Positions 25,159 through 36,060 of a stretch of DNA of 45,693 nucleotides are shown here, one piece after another (position 1 is the first letter of the stretch; each line of letters begins with the position of its first letter). The DNA is from Chiloscyllium plagiosum (Eukaryota). The notes under the pieces are model-generated. The model ran no database searches and was not told where the DNA came from. It saw nothing but the letters and a program-made list of their open reading frames with translations. The translations under genes and the position numbers were made by a program. Where the stretch lies: contig NC_057751.1 of the NCBI RefSeq assembly GCF_004010195.1, positions 11,296,955 through 11,342,647 of the forward strand. The letters are read 5' to 3'.

Positions 25159-26214
25159 ATCATTTCAGTAGAATTTCAGAAATGGTCTTTCAGCAATGGA
25201 TCAAAAAGACAAGTGATTGGTACATCTCTGAATCCCATACATTGCAGTATTTAGTCTTGACATGGAAAAAGCCAGTGTTATTTAGAAGCCCAAAGCTGAA
25301 CGCAGATCATAACCTTCTTCATCTTTGAGCCCAAATGCCTCAATGTGAGCAGAAAAATCACACAATTAAAGACGGGCCACTCAGCCGCTCCTTCTTATTC
25401 CTGTCAAGAGAAGAGCCCTGAACTCGTCATTCTTTCCTGTCAGCTCAAAGCCCTCGGTTGGAGTTGGACAATGATAAAAGAGGCTGCCCCTAGAAAACCA
25501 ACAGGAATGGGGTCCCTCTTGGTGAATGAGCAGCTGCAACGCTATTTGAGGCATGCAGTTTGTTTGTGACTCAGTCACGCTGAGGCCAGCCTGACAAAAT
25601 GCAGCAAAAACTCAACAGAAAAGCAGTCTCAAAGATGCGGCCTTAGAAAGATTATAAACTTTTTTTCATAACCAGTGCTATTTTTGGAGTAGTGCACAAC
25701 TTCAGGGAACTGCACATATTGATCCACAAAGTATCAGAGAATTTAGACACTATTTATTATGTCAATAGTTTGAACTCTTGCCTGTTCGTTGATCTTGTGC
25801 CTGCATTTTAATCATCTGGCAATTAAACCCTTTTACAGAGAACACTCAATTTGCTCGTAAAGTGAACGCACATTCTCACGACTGCAGACTCAAGGCAGGA
25901 ATGATTAAAAACTGACTGCTTTCTTCACAGCATTTGAGCTAGAGCTTGGGTTGAAAATAGAGAATCTGTAAACCATACCCCAGTGTTTTATCCTGATTAT
26001 CTTGGGACCAAAGAATAAAGACATGGTTTACCCCTCGAGAAATGAGGTCTTCCCTCACAATGGTCATTACATTCGGGGAAACTCTCTGTCAGTAGAAATA
26101 ATCAACTTCCTTGGAATGAGTACACTGATTCTGTCACATGGGAATATTGCCCGCAGGTATTTCACTGTCAGTTGGTCTACCACAGTTATAACTGCTGTCT
26201 ATCAGGATTGTAAT

Positions 26215-27200
26215 AGAGTTACAACTAGTCTCTGCTGGTCTCGTCACAGAGCTACACTGGTCTCTGCTGGATAGTCACAGAGCTATAACTGGTCTCTTCT
26301 GGTATAGTGACAGAGCTACACTGTATCTGCTGGTATAGTCACAGAGCTCCAACTGGTCTCTGCTGGTATAGTGACGGAGCTGCAACTAGTCTCTGTTGGA
26401 TCATCACAGAGCTACAACTGGTCTCTGCTGAATAGTCACAGACCAAAACTGGTCTCTGCTGGATAGTCACAGAGATACAACTGGTCTCAGCTGGTATAGT
26501 GACAGAGCTACAATTGGCCTCTGCTGGTATAGCGACAGAGCTACCCTGGTCTCTGCTGATATAGTCACAGAACCCCAACTAGTCTCTGCTGGTATAGTCA
26601 CAGAACTCTCATAGTATCATCACAGAATTACAACTGGTCTCTGCTGGTATAGTCACAGAGCTACACTGGTCTCTGCTGGAATGTCACAGAACTACAACTG
26701 GTCTCTGCTGGAATGTCACAGAGCTACAGCTGGTCTCTGCTGGATAGTTACAGAGATACAACTGGTCTCAGCTAGTATAGTGACAGAGCTACAATTGGCC
26801 TCTGCTGGTATAGCGACAGAGCTACACTGGTGTCTGGTGATATAGTCACAGAACTCCAACTGGTCTCTGCTGGTATAGTCACAGAGCTACACTGGTCTCT
26901 GCTAGATAGTCACAGAGCTACACTGATCTCTGCTGGATAGTCATAGAGCTACACTGGTCTCTTGTGGTATAGTCACAGAACTCAAATTAGTCTCTCATAG
27001 TATCATCACAGCTACACTGGTCTTTGCTGGATAGTCACAGAGGTACAACTGGTCTCTGCTGGTATAGTCACAGAGCTACACTGGTCTCTGCTGGATAGCC
27101 GCAGAGCTACACTGGTCTCTGCTGGATAGTCAGAGATACAACTGGTCTCTGCTGGTATAGTGACAGAGATATAACTGTTGAATACTCATAGAACTACAAA
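26215..27200. repeat. Minisatellite, 31-33 bp unit CTAC(A)ACTGGTCTCTGCTGG(T)ATAGTCACAGAG, ~30 copies
   Basis: Directly visible tandem periodicity with degenerate edges. Confidence 0.97.
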
Positions 27201-28164
27201 TGGCCATTTCTGGATTGGTTACAGAGTGACCACTGATGATAGTGGATGTTATGTTTTGCTCGAATGCTTCCTTACTGGTGATATTCCAAGTGGAATGCAT
27301 GAGCACTGATGCTGGGTCGAGTGACTGTGGTCACCCATGCAGGATTGGGGCTAAATCAGCCCTGATTTACTGTCTGTCTGTTGGAGATCCCCCTTGCTGA
27401 CTTGCAGACCAACAGAAATTTCCCAGCCACAATGCTGCCTGGTATTAATGAATAGATGCAGGACTCAAAATCCTAAACAGTCTCATTTGTGGTCCTCGTG
27501 ACTCAGCCCAACTGCACAGAATGCTTTGAACATAGCAGGAGGAGGCCATTCAGCCCTTCCTGCCTGGTACAACATAAAAAATGTTCATGGCTGATCATCC
27601 GACTCAGTACCTTGTAGAAACATAGGGAACAGGAGTGGGCCTGCTGTGAATTTCATTAACTGAGTGCCTCCTTCAGAGAAACAGACCCCAGTGCTTCTTT
27701 CCAAGAATTTGTCATTGTTCTCATTAGACACAAGAGTGCAGAGACCTCAAAAAATGTCGTTAAGTTCTGATGTGGGCTGGTGAATTGTAACAGCTGCATT
27801 CTGGACTGCTTCTCAATCATCCTGTGCCCTGACGTCAATGAGAAACAAGATTCATTCAAGGTGCAAAACAGCGCTGGCTGGCATGCTTTTAAATCATTGG
27901 GTTGAGTTGTTCCTGAATTCAGGAGGTGATTAAGTTTATCCCAAGGGGGAGCTGCTTCTCACCCATGGGAAGCAGATTGCAGGCACATTGTCGCCTGTGA
28001 TTACAGGATATTGTGCACAGTTGGGTTCAGTTTCCAAATCTGTTCCCCCTGCACGGAGCCTGAGATATCAGCAGCACAGTGTGCACTCTGAAAACTCCAG
28101 TAAGAGATTTAATCCTGGAAGTGGTGCCATTTGAGACTGTGATTCTTTCGTGGGCAGGTTTAAG

Positions 28165-28322
28165 TTCATGAGGGGCATGGATAGGATAAATAGACAAAGC
28201 CTTTTCCCTGGGGTGGGGGTGTCCAGAACTAGAGGGCATAGGTTTATAGTGAGAGGTGAAAAGATATAAAAGAGACCTAGGGGGCAATTTTATCACTCGG
28301 AGGGTGGTACGTGTATGGAATC
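28165..28322 (+). mobile_element. CR1 ORF2 C-terminal fragment
   Basis: CATGAGGGGCATGGATAGGATAAATAGACAAAGCC...AGAACTAGAGGGCATAGGTTT, same family as 6615-7145. Confidence 0.8.
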
Positions 28323-28455
28323 CCTGCATTGATTGAATATCAGTCACCATCTTCTGTCTGTTCACTATCCTTAAATGTGAGCTCAGCCAAAACTCTGCTG
28401 CCTTTCTCCTGACTCAGATGAAGTCGCCTTTCTTACATTGTTGTGGACATGTTCG

Positions 28456-28782
28456 AATCAGTGCGGAAGCAGGCCATTCAGCGCATCAAGTCTACACTAA
28501 CCCTCTGGGCAGTATCCTCCCCCATCCCTCCAACTCCAGACCCATCCCATCCCTGTAACCCTGCATTCCCCATGGCTCACCTACCTCACCTGCACATCCC
28601 AGGACACTATGGGGCAATTTAGCCTGGCCACTCCACCCTCACCTACACATCTGTGGACTGTGGGAGGAAACCCACACAGGCACAGGGAGAACGTGCAAAT
28701 TCTACATAGACATTCACCTGAGGGTGAGATTGAACCCAGGTCCCTGGTGCTGTGAGGCAGCAGTGCTAACCACTGAGCCACC
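28456..28782 (-). mobile_element. HE1-like V-SINE (tRNA head, V-domain, CR1-derived tail)
   Basis: On the minus strand: A-box TGGCTCAGTGG, B-box GGTTCAATCTC and V-core TTTGCACGTTCTCCCTGTG..GGGTTTCCTCCCACAGTCCA. Confidence 0.85.
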
Positions 28783-28999
28783 TGATGTCTTCACTAGATT
28801 CGTTGCCACTGGAAATCTTCTCAGCAACTGGTACTGTGAGAGGCAGGAAGCCCACACAAAGTCTTCAGCACAACATTGGCTCAGGCTTGACAAACAGTGG
28901 CATCGCACTTTCCACCATGGTGGGTGATGTCGGTTAAACCCCTTCAGGTACTATCTGCCTTATTCAAACCCTTCCCCCTCCCACCCCAGAGCTTGCTGA

Positions 29000-29230
29000 T
29001 TAACATTGGTTCTCAGCCTGCCTCACCTCGCTTTTAAAATCCTTCTTCCTGTGTTCAAGCCCTCACCTCTCCCTCTCCATCTCATCTCCTTCAACCCCAC
29101 AGTGCTTCGAGATCTCGGTGCTCCTCTAATCCTGACCTCTTGAGCTCTCTTGCTGTCTGCCCTGGGTCCTAAGCTTTGGAGTTCCTTTGCTGTAACTCTC
29201 CACTTTTCACCCTTTCTCTATTCTTTTTTT
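29000..29230 (+). mobile_element. Old L2-like LINE 3' remnant
   Basis: TTTTAAAATCCTTCTTCCTGTGTTCAAG...CTGGGTCCTAAGCTTTGGAGTTCC, with FKILL-VFK and PKLW-like motifs. Confidence 0.5.
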
Positions 29231-29334
29231 TTAAGAAGACTCTTCTTGGAACTCTGCCGAACCTTTTGGTTGTCTTCTGTCCTTGGAGTGAAATAATGAA
29301 TTGATTTTCCTTCTCATGATGCCTCTCTGTGCTG

Positions 29335-29355
29335 TGTTGTTGTTGTTGTTGTTGT
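29335..29355. repeat. (TGT)n microsatellite
   Basis: Seen directly. Confidence 0.9.
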
Positions 29356-29579
29356 CATGGTTCATGTCAGTAAGGCCATAAAGCTGTAAGTTCCAGAGGA
29401 TCTTCTCTCCAGCCTCCCAAGACATGCTGCTTCCTAGGAAGATCGATTGGCTCCAGGTAGTACCTCAGATTGTAGACAGCATCCTTCGTTGCAGCACGAG
29501 TTAATGGACTACAATGACTTGATGGAAGCACTCTTGTCTGACCATCATAATGGAGACAGCATGATAAATCTGAAACATC

Positions 29580-29990
29580 AACGCTGTATCTCTTCCCTGT
29601 CAGGAATTTCAACGAGTGAAGGGAGAATCTCATGGAAACATACAAACTCATGAGATTGGACAGGCTAGATGTGCAAGGAATTTTCCTGATGTTGGGAAAG
29701 TCCAGAACTAGACAATCTAATAATAAGGGGTAAACCATTCAGAACTGAGATGAGGAAGAGTTCCTTCACTCAGAGAGCTGTGAACCTGTGGAATTGTCTC
29801 CCACAGAAAATTGTAGGGACTGGTTCGATAGAGATAGCCATGAGGGAGTCAGACATGGCCCTTGTGACTAAAGGGATCACGAGGGAGTGGCTGAAAATGA
29901 GAGTGGGATACTGAAACTACATGATCAGATTGAGAGGTGGAGTAGACTCAAAGGGCAGAATGGCCTTCCCCTGTCCTATTTTCTGTGCAT
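29580..29990 (+). mobile_element. CR1 3' end
   Basis: ACTGAGATGAGGAAGAGTTCCTTCACTCAGAGAGCTGTGAACCTGTGGAAT...GACTCAAAGGGCAGAATGGCCT; the reverse of 18420-18790. Confidence 0.8.
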
Positions 29991-30666
29991 GTATTTCCAA
30001 CATTTTCTCCTTCATGTGCCTTGCAGATGAATGTGCATTGCAGACTGGACCAGAGATGAGATTCAGAACTCCTATTTCAATATTGGGTCCAATTCCAACA
30101 ATGCCACGTAGTGAGGAGGGGAGCCTGAGGGGAATATTCCTCTTCAAGATGTTTAAATGGTGACACTAAGTTGGACAGCACATGAGGTTACATGGCTGTA
30201 ATCGTAAGGACACACAGGGACATAGACAGATGAAATGGTTGGGCCAAGCCATGGCAAATGCAGTTGAATCAAAGTGGGAGGTTTCCTCACCAGAAAGATA
30301 CATTGGAGTATCTTCTCAATATTGAGTGACTAGAAATGATAGAGGAGCAGGAATACTCAAGTCCAGAAGCTACTAAATGTTCACGGACAGCAACGTGAAT
30401 TTACATAGCACCTTCGATGCAGGAAACATCCCAAGGTGTTTCGCAGGAGAGCAAGAAGATCAACTTCAGTCAGTGTCATTATCGCTATCACCACCACAAA
30501 TGGTCCTGTATCCCAGTTGTTGTTTGTGGGATCTTTCAGTGCACAAACTGATGTCAGTGCTTACTTACATAATGGAAGTGACCCTGCCTTGAAGGGTAAC
30601 TCACGGCCTGTACACTTTGAAACAACCCCAGGAGGTATCATGGTGGCATATGAATGCAAATATGTA

Positions 30667-30688
30667 TCTCTCTCTCTCTCTCTCTCTC
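30667..30688. repeat. (TC)11 microsatellite
   Basis: Seen directly. Confidence 0.9.
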
Positions 30689-31789
30689 GTTTCCTCTCCC
30701 ACATTATAACATTCAGGAGGAAGGAAAAGATAAATTATCTGTGAATTATTTGATTGAACGCTCGCACAGCATGAAAACCTTTAGTACAGTCCATCTGCAT
30801 CTGTGTCCATCATGGGCTGGATACTTCCCAGATGTTCAACACACTGCACGAAAAGACGCCAGGATTGGCCTAAATATAGATTTCTTGCCTCATCTTTTTC
30901 TCATTCACTGCAGTCTCATTGTGGGTTTGTCTGCCACAAACCACATCCACGAGGTAACATCTGGCATCTTCCTGTCAGTGGAACGTCACCCAATGCCAAG
31001 TTAATTCTTTGGCAATCTTGAACATTTCAAGACATTTTCCCTTCCTTGCCCAGAAGCTTGGTCACAGCAATTTGCCTCTTGGTGTGATGGTACACATGAG
31101 CGACCTGGTTTGAGTGGACACGTGAGTGTGGCCTGCTCTGTCCCATGTAGGGAGTGGGGTGGGGGTGGGGGGGCGGAAATCCTCTGTTGTGTATTGTAGT
31201 TGCACACACAGTGCGTTCCAATCAGGATGAACTGCTTACAGTGCAGACATGGGCAGAGGCTATCATTTCTCCCCAGTGACATTACAAGTTGAAGTGTTGA
31301 AGCTTAGACTTCTGTAACTTTTTTTAAAAATGCGTGTTCATACGGAGGATGTGGCCTTACTGGCTGGGACAACATTTATTTCCCATCACTAACTGTGCTT
31401 GAGAAGATAACGATGAGCTGCTGTCTTGCACTGAAGGCGCACTCACTCTGTAAAATTGTGAGGCAGCAGCGCCAGTGTATTGGAGGATTGATGTTTGCGG
31501 GTAATCCCAATTGGGGTTTTGAAAGAATTCAGAAAGCCGGGTGACAAGGGAAGTAGGGGTTGGAGTTCAGAGATCTGAAGTAGGATTGGCTTCAACATGG
31601 ATAAATATTAAGGTCCACAATATTCCCGAGAACTCAGTTAATTTCCCTGAAAAGCAATTTTTTAAAAGCAACTCGCAAACAAGATTTAAAGCCCAGTGTG
31701 GGCTTTTGTTATCTTTAAGATGTGTTTCGAAATTGCTGACCTATTGTTTCAGATGGTAACATGCACATCTCTCAGTCTGAAAGGTTGTG

Positions 31790-32110
31790 CTCAGTTCCAG
31801 CTGGGAGGACAGACATCTGGGCTGGTCAGAGAGGGTGCTGCTCTGGCACGGCTAACGTTTCTCTGGATGTCACATCAAACTGCTCCTGGTGTATCTGCTG
31901 GACGTCAAATATTCTGTAAGTGGTAATCCTCACCAGTACTTATCCTTCAATCCACATCACTAAATACAGATTGGCTGGTCATTACTACAGTGCCATTTCT
32001 GGCAGCCCCTTGGACACACGACTTGGTTGCTGATTTTCCTCACATGATGATAGGGTCTACACTTCACCAGCACTTCCAAGGTGCCTTGAAATGTTGTGCA
32101 AGGCACTGCA
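31790..32110 (+). mobile_element. Old DeuSINE-like remnant
   Basis: TTTCTCTGGATGTCACATCAAACTG...CACTAAATACAGATTGGCTGGTCATTA...TACACTTCA. Confidence 0.45.
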
Positions 32111-33531
32111 TCGAGGTTGGGAATGGGGTAGAGGTGGTGAAGGAAGGAGCTGGTGGGTGAAACCCCAAAAGGGGTCACTGGGTGAGCTTTTGAAAATGTG
32201 GGCTCTGAGGCACTGACGGTCACTTCAGGGATCTGACTGAGTACTAACAACAACCATGTCCTGCACCAACACAGAGGGCTCCCACTGACACAGGATCGCA
32301 CATGTTCTCCCAGCTCACTGAGCCCCTCACTCCCTGGTTCTCACTTGGGGGCTGTGACCATTTCCAAAACAGCAGAAACGTTTGGGAGGTGCCACTGGAG
32401 ATAACCACAGGACTTTCTTCAGCTGGTCTGTTCCCTGAGTGAAAGCAGTGGCTAGAACTCAGGAGCTTGTGGAGAGCATTAGACCCGAGTGGAAGGAACC
32501 TCAATACCCAGTTGAGGGCGAGGGGGTTTGGTCAAGTGTGGAGTGTGAAGCATTGCATCAACCCCAGAGTTTGTCCAATCTGCAGAATGCAGCATGAACA
32601 GGTTGCACAGATCTGTGCAACAGGTCTGTGTGATGGTGAGTTATGTGGACCGTTACTTATGGGTGCTTCTCAGTGCTTTGAGCACCTTGCCAGCTCAGCC
32701 TGTGGTTGCATTCAGTAATATGATGCTGGTGGTGATGCAGGAAATAGCAGAGGCGTTGCCACCCTCAGTGTAAGTGGAAAGGGAGAGCTGACCCTCACCT
32801 CAGGGGTAGTGACAGGAGACGTGAGCACAGCATCTCATCGGCAGCTCAGGGAATGTGGCTGAGGCTGGTCAGAGGGAATAGCTGGAGGAGCACATCCCCA
32901 CTGTTGTCACTCCTCCAGGGACAGCTTTCAGTTGCCTGACCCTCTCCCACTGTCCGTTCCTCTTCCTTCATCACACACCTTTAACCGTACCCCTTTGATC
33001 AACATTCTCATCGTCTCCCCTCACCGTCACTCAAACCTTACCGAAACGCTCAGTGGTTGGGCAGGGAGGGAAAGATTGGTCAAAAGCTGTTGAGGAAGAA
33101 AGCAATGAAGAACACTTCCACTCCAGTGGGGAATGCAGTCAGAAACAGGGCAATGTGGGGTGTGCAAGGTGTGGATCCATTTTCCCAATCCCAGCATCGC
33201 CCCCTCCCCACCACCCCCACCTGAAGTAGGCGGCTGGTTTTGTGATGTAGACCATTCCTTGGCACTCTAGGGCACATCCTCCTGCCAGTGTTGAAACCAT
33301 TCAGTATAACTCACTTCTTTGTCAGCTCACTATGGTGGTCCCCATGTGGACATGCAGATGGAGATGCCATGTAAAGCAATTGCCCAACAGTGGTGGGCCA
33401 ACAGTCCAAATGTTGTCCACAATAAGCTCCTGTGTTCAATATGTTCACTGCTGACTCATGCTGCTGTTTGCCACCTTTGTCCCAATGAGGCCATCCTTGG
33501 CACTGTCATATCTTCAAAACGCTTGGGTGAG

Positions 33532-33690
33532 TGAAATAACTGTGGAGAAGCTAGTATCCCATCAACAAGTCACCCTTTAGTTATGTGTGCACATTACCAA
33601 CGCTCTTACCGATCAGCTCCAAGCCAGTTCCTAGTATGGAGAGACTCTCTGAGTGACCTAGGTTAACAGATTCACCTGATCCTTGTTCCA
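33532..33690 (-). mobile_element. Degenerate, internally deleted copy of the solo-LTR-like family, without Tx1
   Basis: The reverse complement starts TGGAACAAGG and ends AAAGGGTGACTTGTTGATGGGATACTAGCTTC..GTTATTTCA. Confidence 0.55.
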
Positions 33691-34018
33691 ATCTCTGCAG
33701 AGAGTAAAATGAATGCACCTGCAGCAGAATTCCCAGGGGATCAGACCAGAAAGGCCTTGGGGGTGAGCATCACAGTGGGCATGGCCCTGTGTTTTGAAGT
33801 ATTTAAGATGGAGTCAGACCAGTCTGTCTCATGTGCTGGTTTTACTGGTTTAGCCTTCTGGAAGGGAACTAAAGAGGGTTCTGACGAGTCACAGTGGATG
33901 TGAAATGTATCACAATTGTAACAAGGTGGACCTTACAGAATCTGAGTTCCCTAATTGAGGCTGTTAATCTGGTCCAATCAGGGAGCCCTGGCTGACAGAT
34001 AAAATGGTAGGTGCGGGG

Positions 34019-34135
34019 GTGTCCTTGGAGAAGGAGCACGCGGTGTCGACCAACACCCTGGAGGTGTTCAGGGAGAGGTGGGGGCCGCGGGGAGTAGAGT
34101 GCATCATTTCTCCCTCCAACTCTATTTTGATTTAG
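34019..34135 (+). pseudogene. Tx1-like ORF2 C-terminal fragment
   Basis: VSLEKEHAVSTNTLEVFRERWGPRGVECIISPSNSILI* by manual translation; resembles the Tx1 ORF2 C-terminus (recalled). Confidence 0.7.
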
Positions 34136-35071
34136 TCCCTACCCTCCCCTTCACTGTTTTTGATCACACAACATTGCCCTTTGATGTGAAGGGCAGTGTT
34201 TGTCACTGGCCACCCGGGTGTTTTCCTATCTTCCTGGTGGTGGAAATTGAATAAAGATTCGTGGACCTTGTGTCTTTCACTGTGTCTCACACCTGTGCAC
34301 ACACACACCATGGGTGCTGGGGATAAAATAAGCACTACCGCACTTAGGTGGTAGTGTGGGGGTTAAATTTTAAAAAAAAAGAATAAAAAATAAATAAATA
34401 AATAAACAAACAGGAAATAAGCACTACCGCACTTAGGTGATAGTGTGGGGGTTAAAAGGAAAAAGAAGAGAAGAACAGGGGTGTTTGAATAAAGATTCGT
34501 GCACTTTGTGTTTTTCACTGTGTCTCACACCTGCACACACACACCATGGGTGCTGGGGATAAAATAAGCACTACCGCACTTAGGTGGTAGTGTGGGGGTT
34601 AAATTTTAAAAAAAAAGAATAAAAAATAAATAAATAAATAAACAAACAGGAAATAAGCACTACCGCACTTAGGTGATAGTGTGGGGGTTAAAAGGAAAAA
34701 GAAGAGAAGAACAGGGGTGTTTGAATAAAGATTCGTGCACTTTGTGTCTTTCACTGTGTCTCACACCTGCACACACACACCATGGGTGCTGGGGATAAAA
34801 TAAGCACTACCGCACTTAGGTGGTAGTGTGGGGGTTAAATAAAAAGAAAAAAAAAAATAAATAAATAAACAGAAGGTTCTTCCTGGTGGTGGAAATTGAA
34901 TAAAAGATTGGTGCACTTTGTGTCTTTCACTGTGTCTCACACCTGCACACACACACCATGGGTGCTGGGGAAAAAATAAGCACTACCGCACTTAGGTGGT
35001 AGTGTGGGGGTTAAAACAAAAAAAAATAAGAAAAAAAAAAGAAGAAGAAAAAAAAAAGAAGAAAACAAAGT

Positions 35072-35206
35072 GACTATGTTCGAGCCCGGGTGTCCTTGGA
35101 GAAGGAGCACGCGGTGTCGACCAACACCCTGGAGTTGTTCAGGGAGAGGTGGGGGCCACGGGGAGTGGAGTGCATCATTTCCTCCTCCAACTCTATTTTG
35201 ATTTAG
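35072..35206 (+). pseudogene. Tx1-like ORF2 C-terminal fragment
   Basis: DYVRARVSLEKEHAVSTNTLELFRERWGPRGVECIISSSNSILI*; the frame is conserved with the 34019 copy. Confidence 0.7.
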
Positions 35207-35570
35207 TCCCTACCCTCCCCTTCAGTGTTTTGATCACACAGCATTGCTCTTCGATGTGAAGGGCACTGCTTGTCACTGGCCACTCGGGTGTTTTCCTATC
35301 TTCCTGGTGGTGGAAATTGATATAAAGACTCGTAGATCTTGCGTCTTTCACTGTGTCTCACACCTGCACACACACAACATGGGAGCTGGGGAAAAAATAA
35401 GCACTACCGCAGTTAGGTAGTAGTGTGGGGGTAAAGAAAAAGAAGTAAAAAAAAGAAAAAACAGGGGTGTCTGAAAAAAAAGAACAGAGATGTCAGACTT
35501 CTTGTTCACTCTGAGAAAGCTGGCTCTGTGGGAGCTGGATCAGTTAATCCTTTTCCACGTGTAAATAAAA

Positions 35571-35873
35571 ATAAATCCCTCGAACTCAGCACCACCATAA
35601 ATCCATCGAATTCAGCACCGCCTTCCTAACCTGCAATCTTCTTCCTGACCTCTCCGCCCCCACCCCACTCCGGCCTATCACCCTCACCTTGACCTCCCTC
35701 CACCTATCGCAATTCCAGCACCCCTCCCCCAAGTCCCTCCTCCCTACCTTTTATCTTAGCCTGCTGGACACACTTTCCTCATTCCTGAAGAAGGGCTTAT
35801 GCCCGAAACGTCGATTCTCCTGCTCCTTGGATGCTGCCTGACCTGCTGCGCTTTTCCAGCAACACATTTTCAG
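35571..35873 (+). mobile_element. Penelope-like 3' fragment inserted in the LTR
   Basis: C-rich tract followed by CTGAAGAAGGGCTTATGCCCGAAACGTCG. Flanked by GTAAATAAA at 35561-35569 and 35875-35883 (9-bp TSD). Confidence 0.75.
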
Positions 35874-35944
35874 GGTAAATAAAGGGTAACCTGGTGACAC
35901 AGTACCAGCCTCTGTGGAGTTTTTAAACAACGTTAACCCCCATG

Positions 35945-36060
35945 TCATAGAATCGATACACTGTAGAAGTAGTCCATTTGACCATTGAGTCCACACTGAC
36001 CCTCTGAAGAGCATCCTACCCAGACCCACCACCTGCCTGCTCCCTGTAACTCTACATTTC
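35945..36060 (-). mobile_element. HE1-like SINE tail fragment
   Basis: GAGTCCACACTGACCCTCTGAAGAGCATCCTACCCAGACCC matches the tails of the other SINE copies. Confidence 0.65.

Larger units (their letters stand above)
34013..35460 (+). mobile_element. Head-to-tail array of 5'-truncated Tx1-clade non-LTR retrotransposon 3' ends
   Basis: Seven AAGCACTACCGCA-TTAGGT-TAGTGTGGGGGT termini, each followed by an A-rich tail. Two units carry the ORF2 C-terminus. Confidence 0.85.
33917..35927 (+). mobile_element. Solo-LTR-like element split by a Tx1 array and a Penelope-like insertion
   Basis: 5' part 33917-34004 (TGTAACAAGG, CCAAT at 33974, GATAAAA), middle ~35484-35569 (AATAAA), 3' part 35875-35927. 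Flanks CAAT/CAAC may be a decayed 4-bp TSD. Confidence 0.7.

Noticed and set aside
26215..27200. Common origin of the two tandem arrays (AGCAGAGACCAGT vs AGCAAAGGCAGT), or a Chi-like core
   Set aside because: The similarity is short and compatible with chance.
32467..32718. CPIC..H segment as an L1/Tx1 zinc-knuckle remnant
   Set aside because: No flanking RT motifs are recognisable; too degenerate to support.
34345..34362. Resemblance of the Tx1 terminus GTGGTAGTGTGGGGG to the U1 snRNA 3' region
   Set aside because: Only ~13 nt match, with no Sm site or other U1 sequence; the segment is explained as a hairpin arm.
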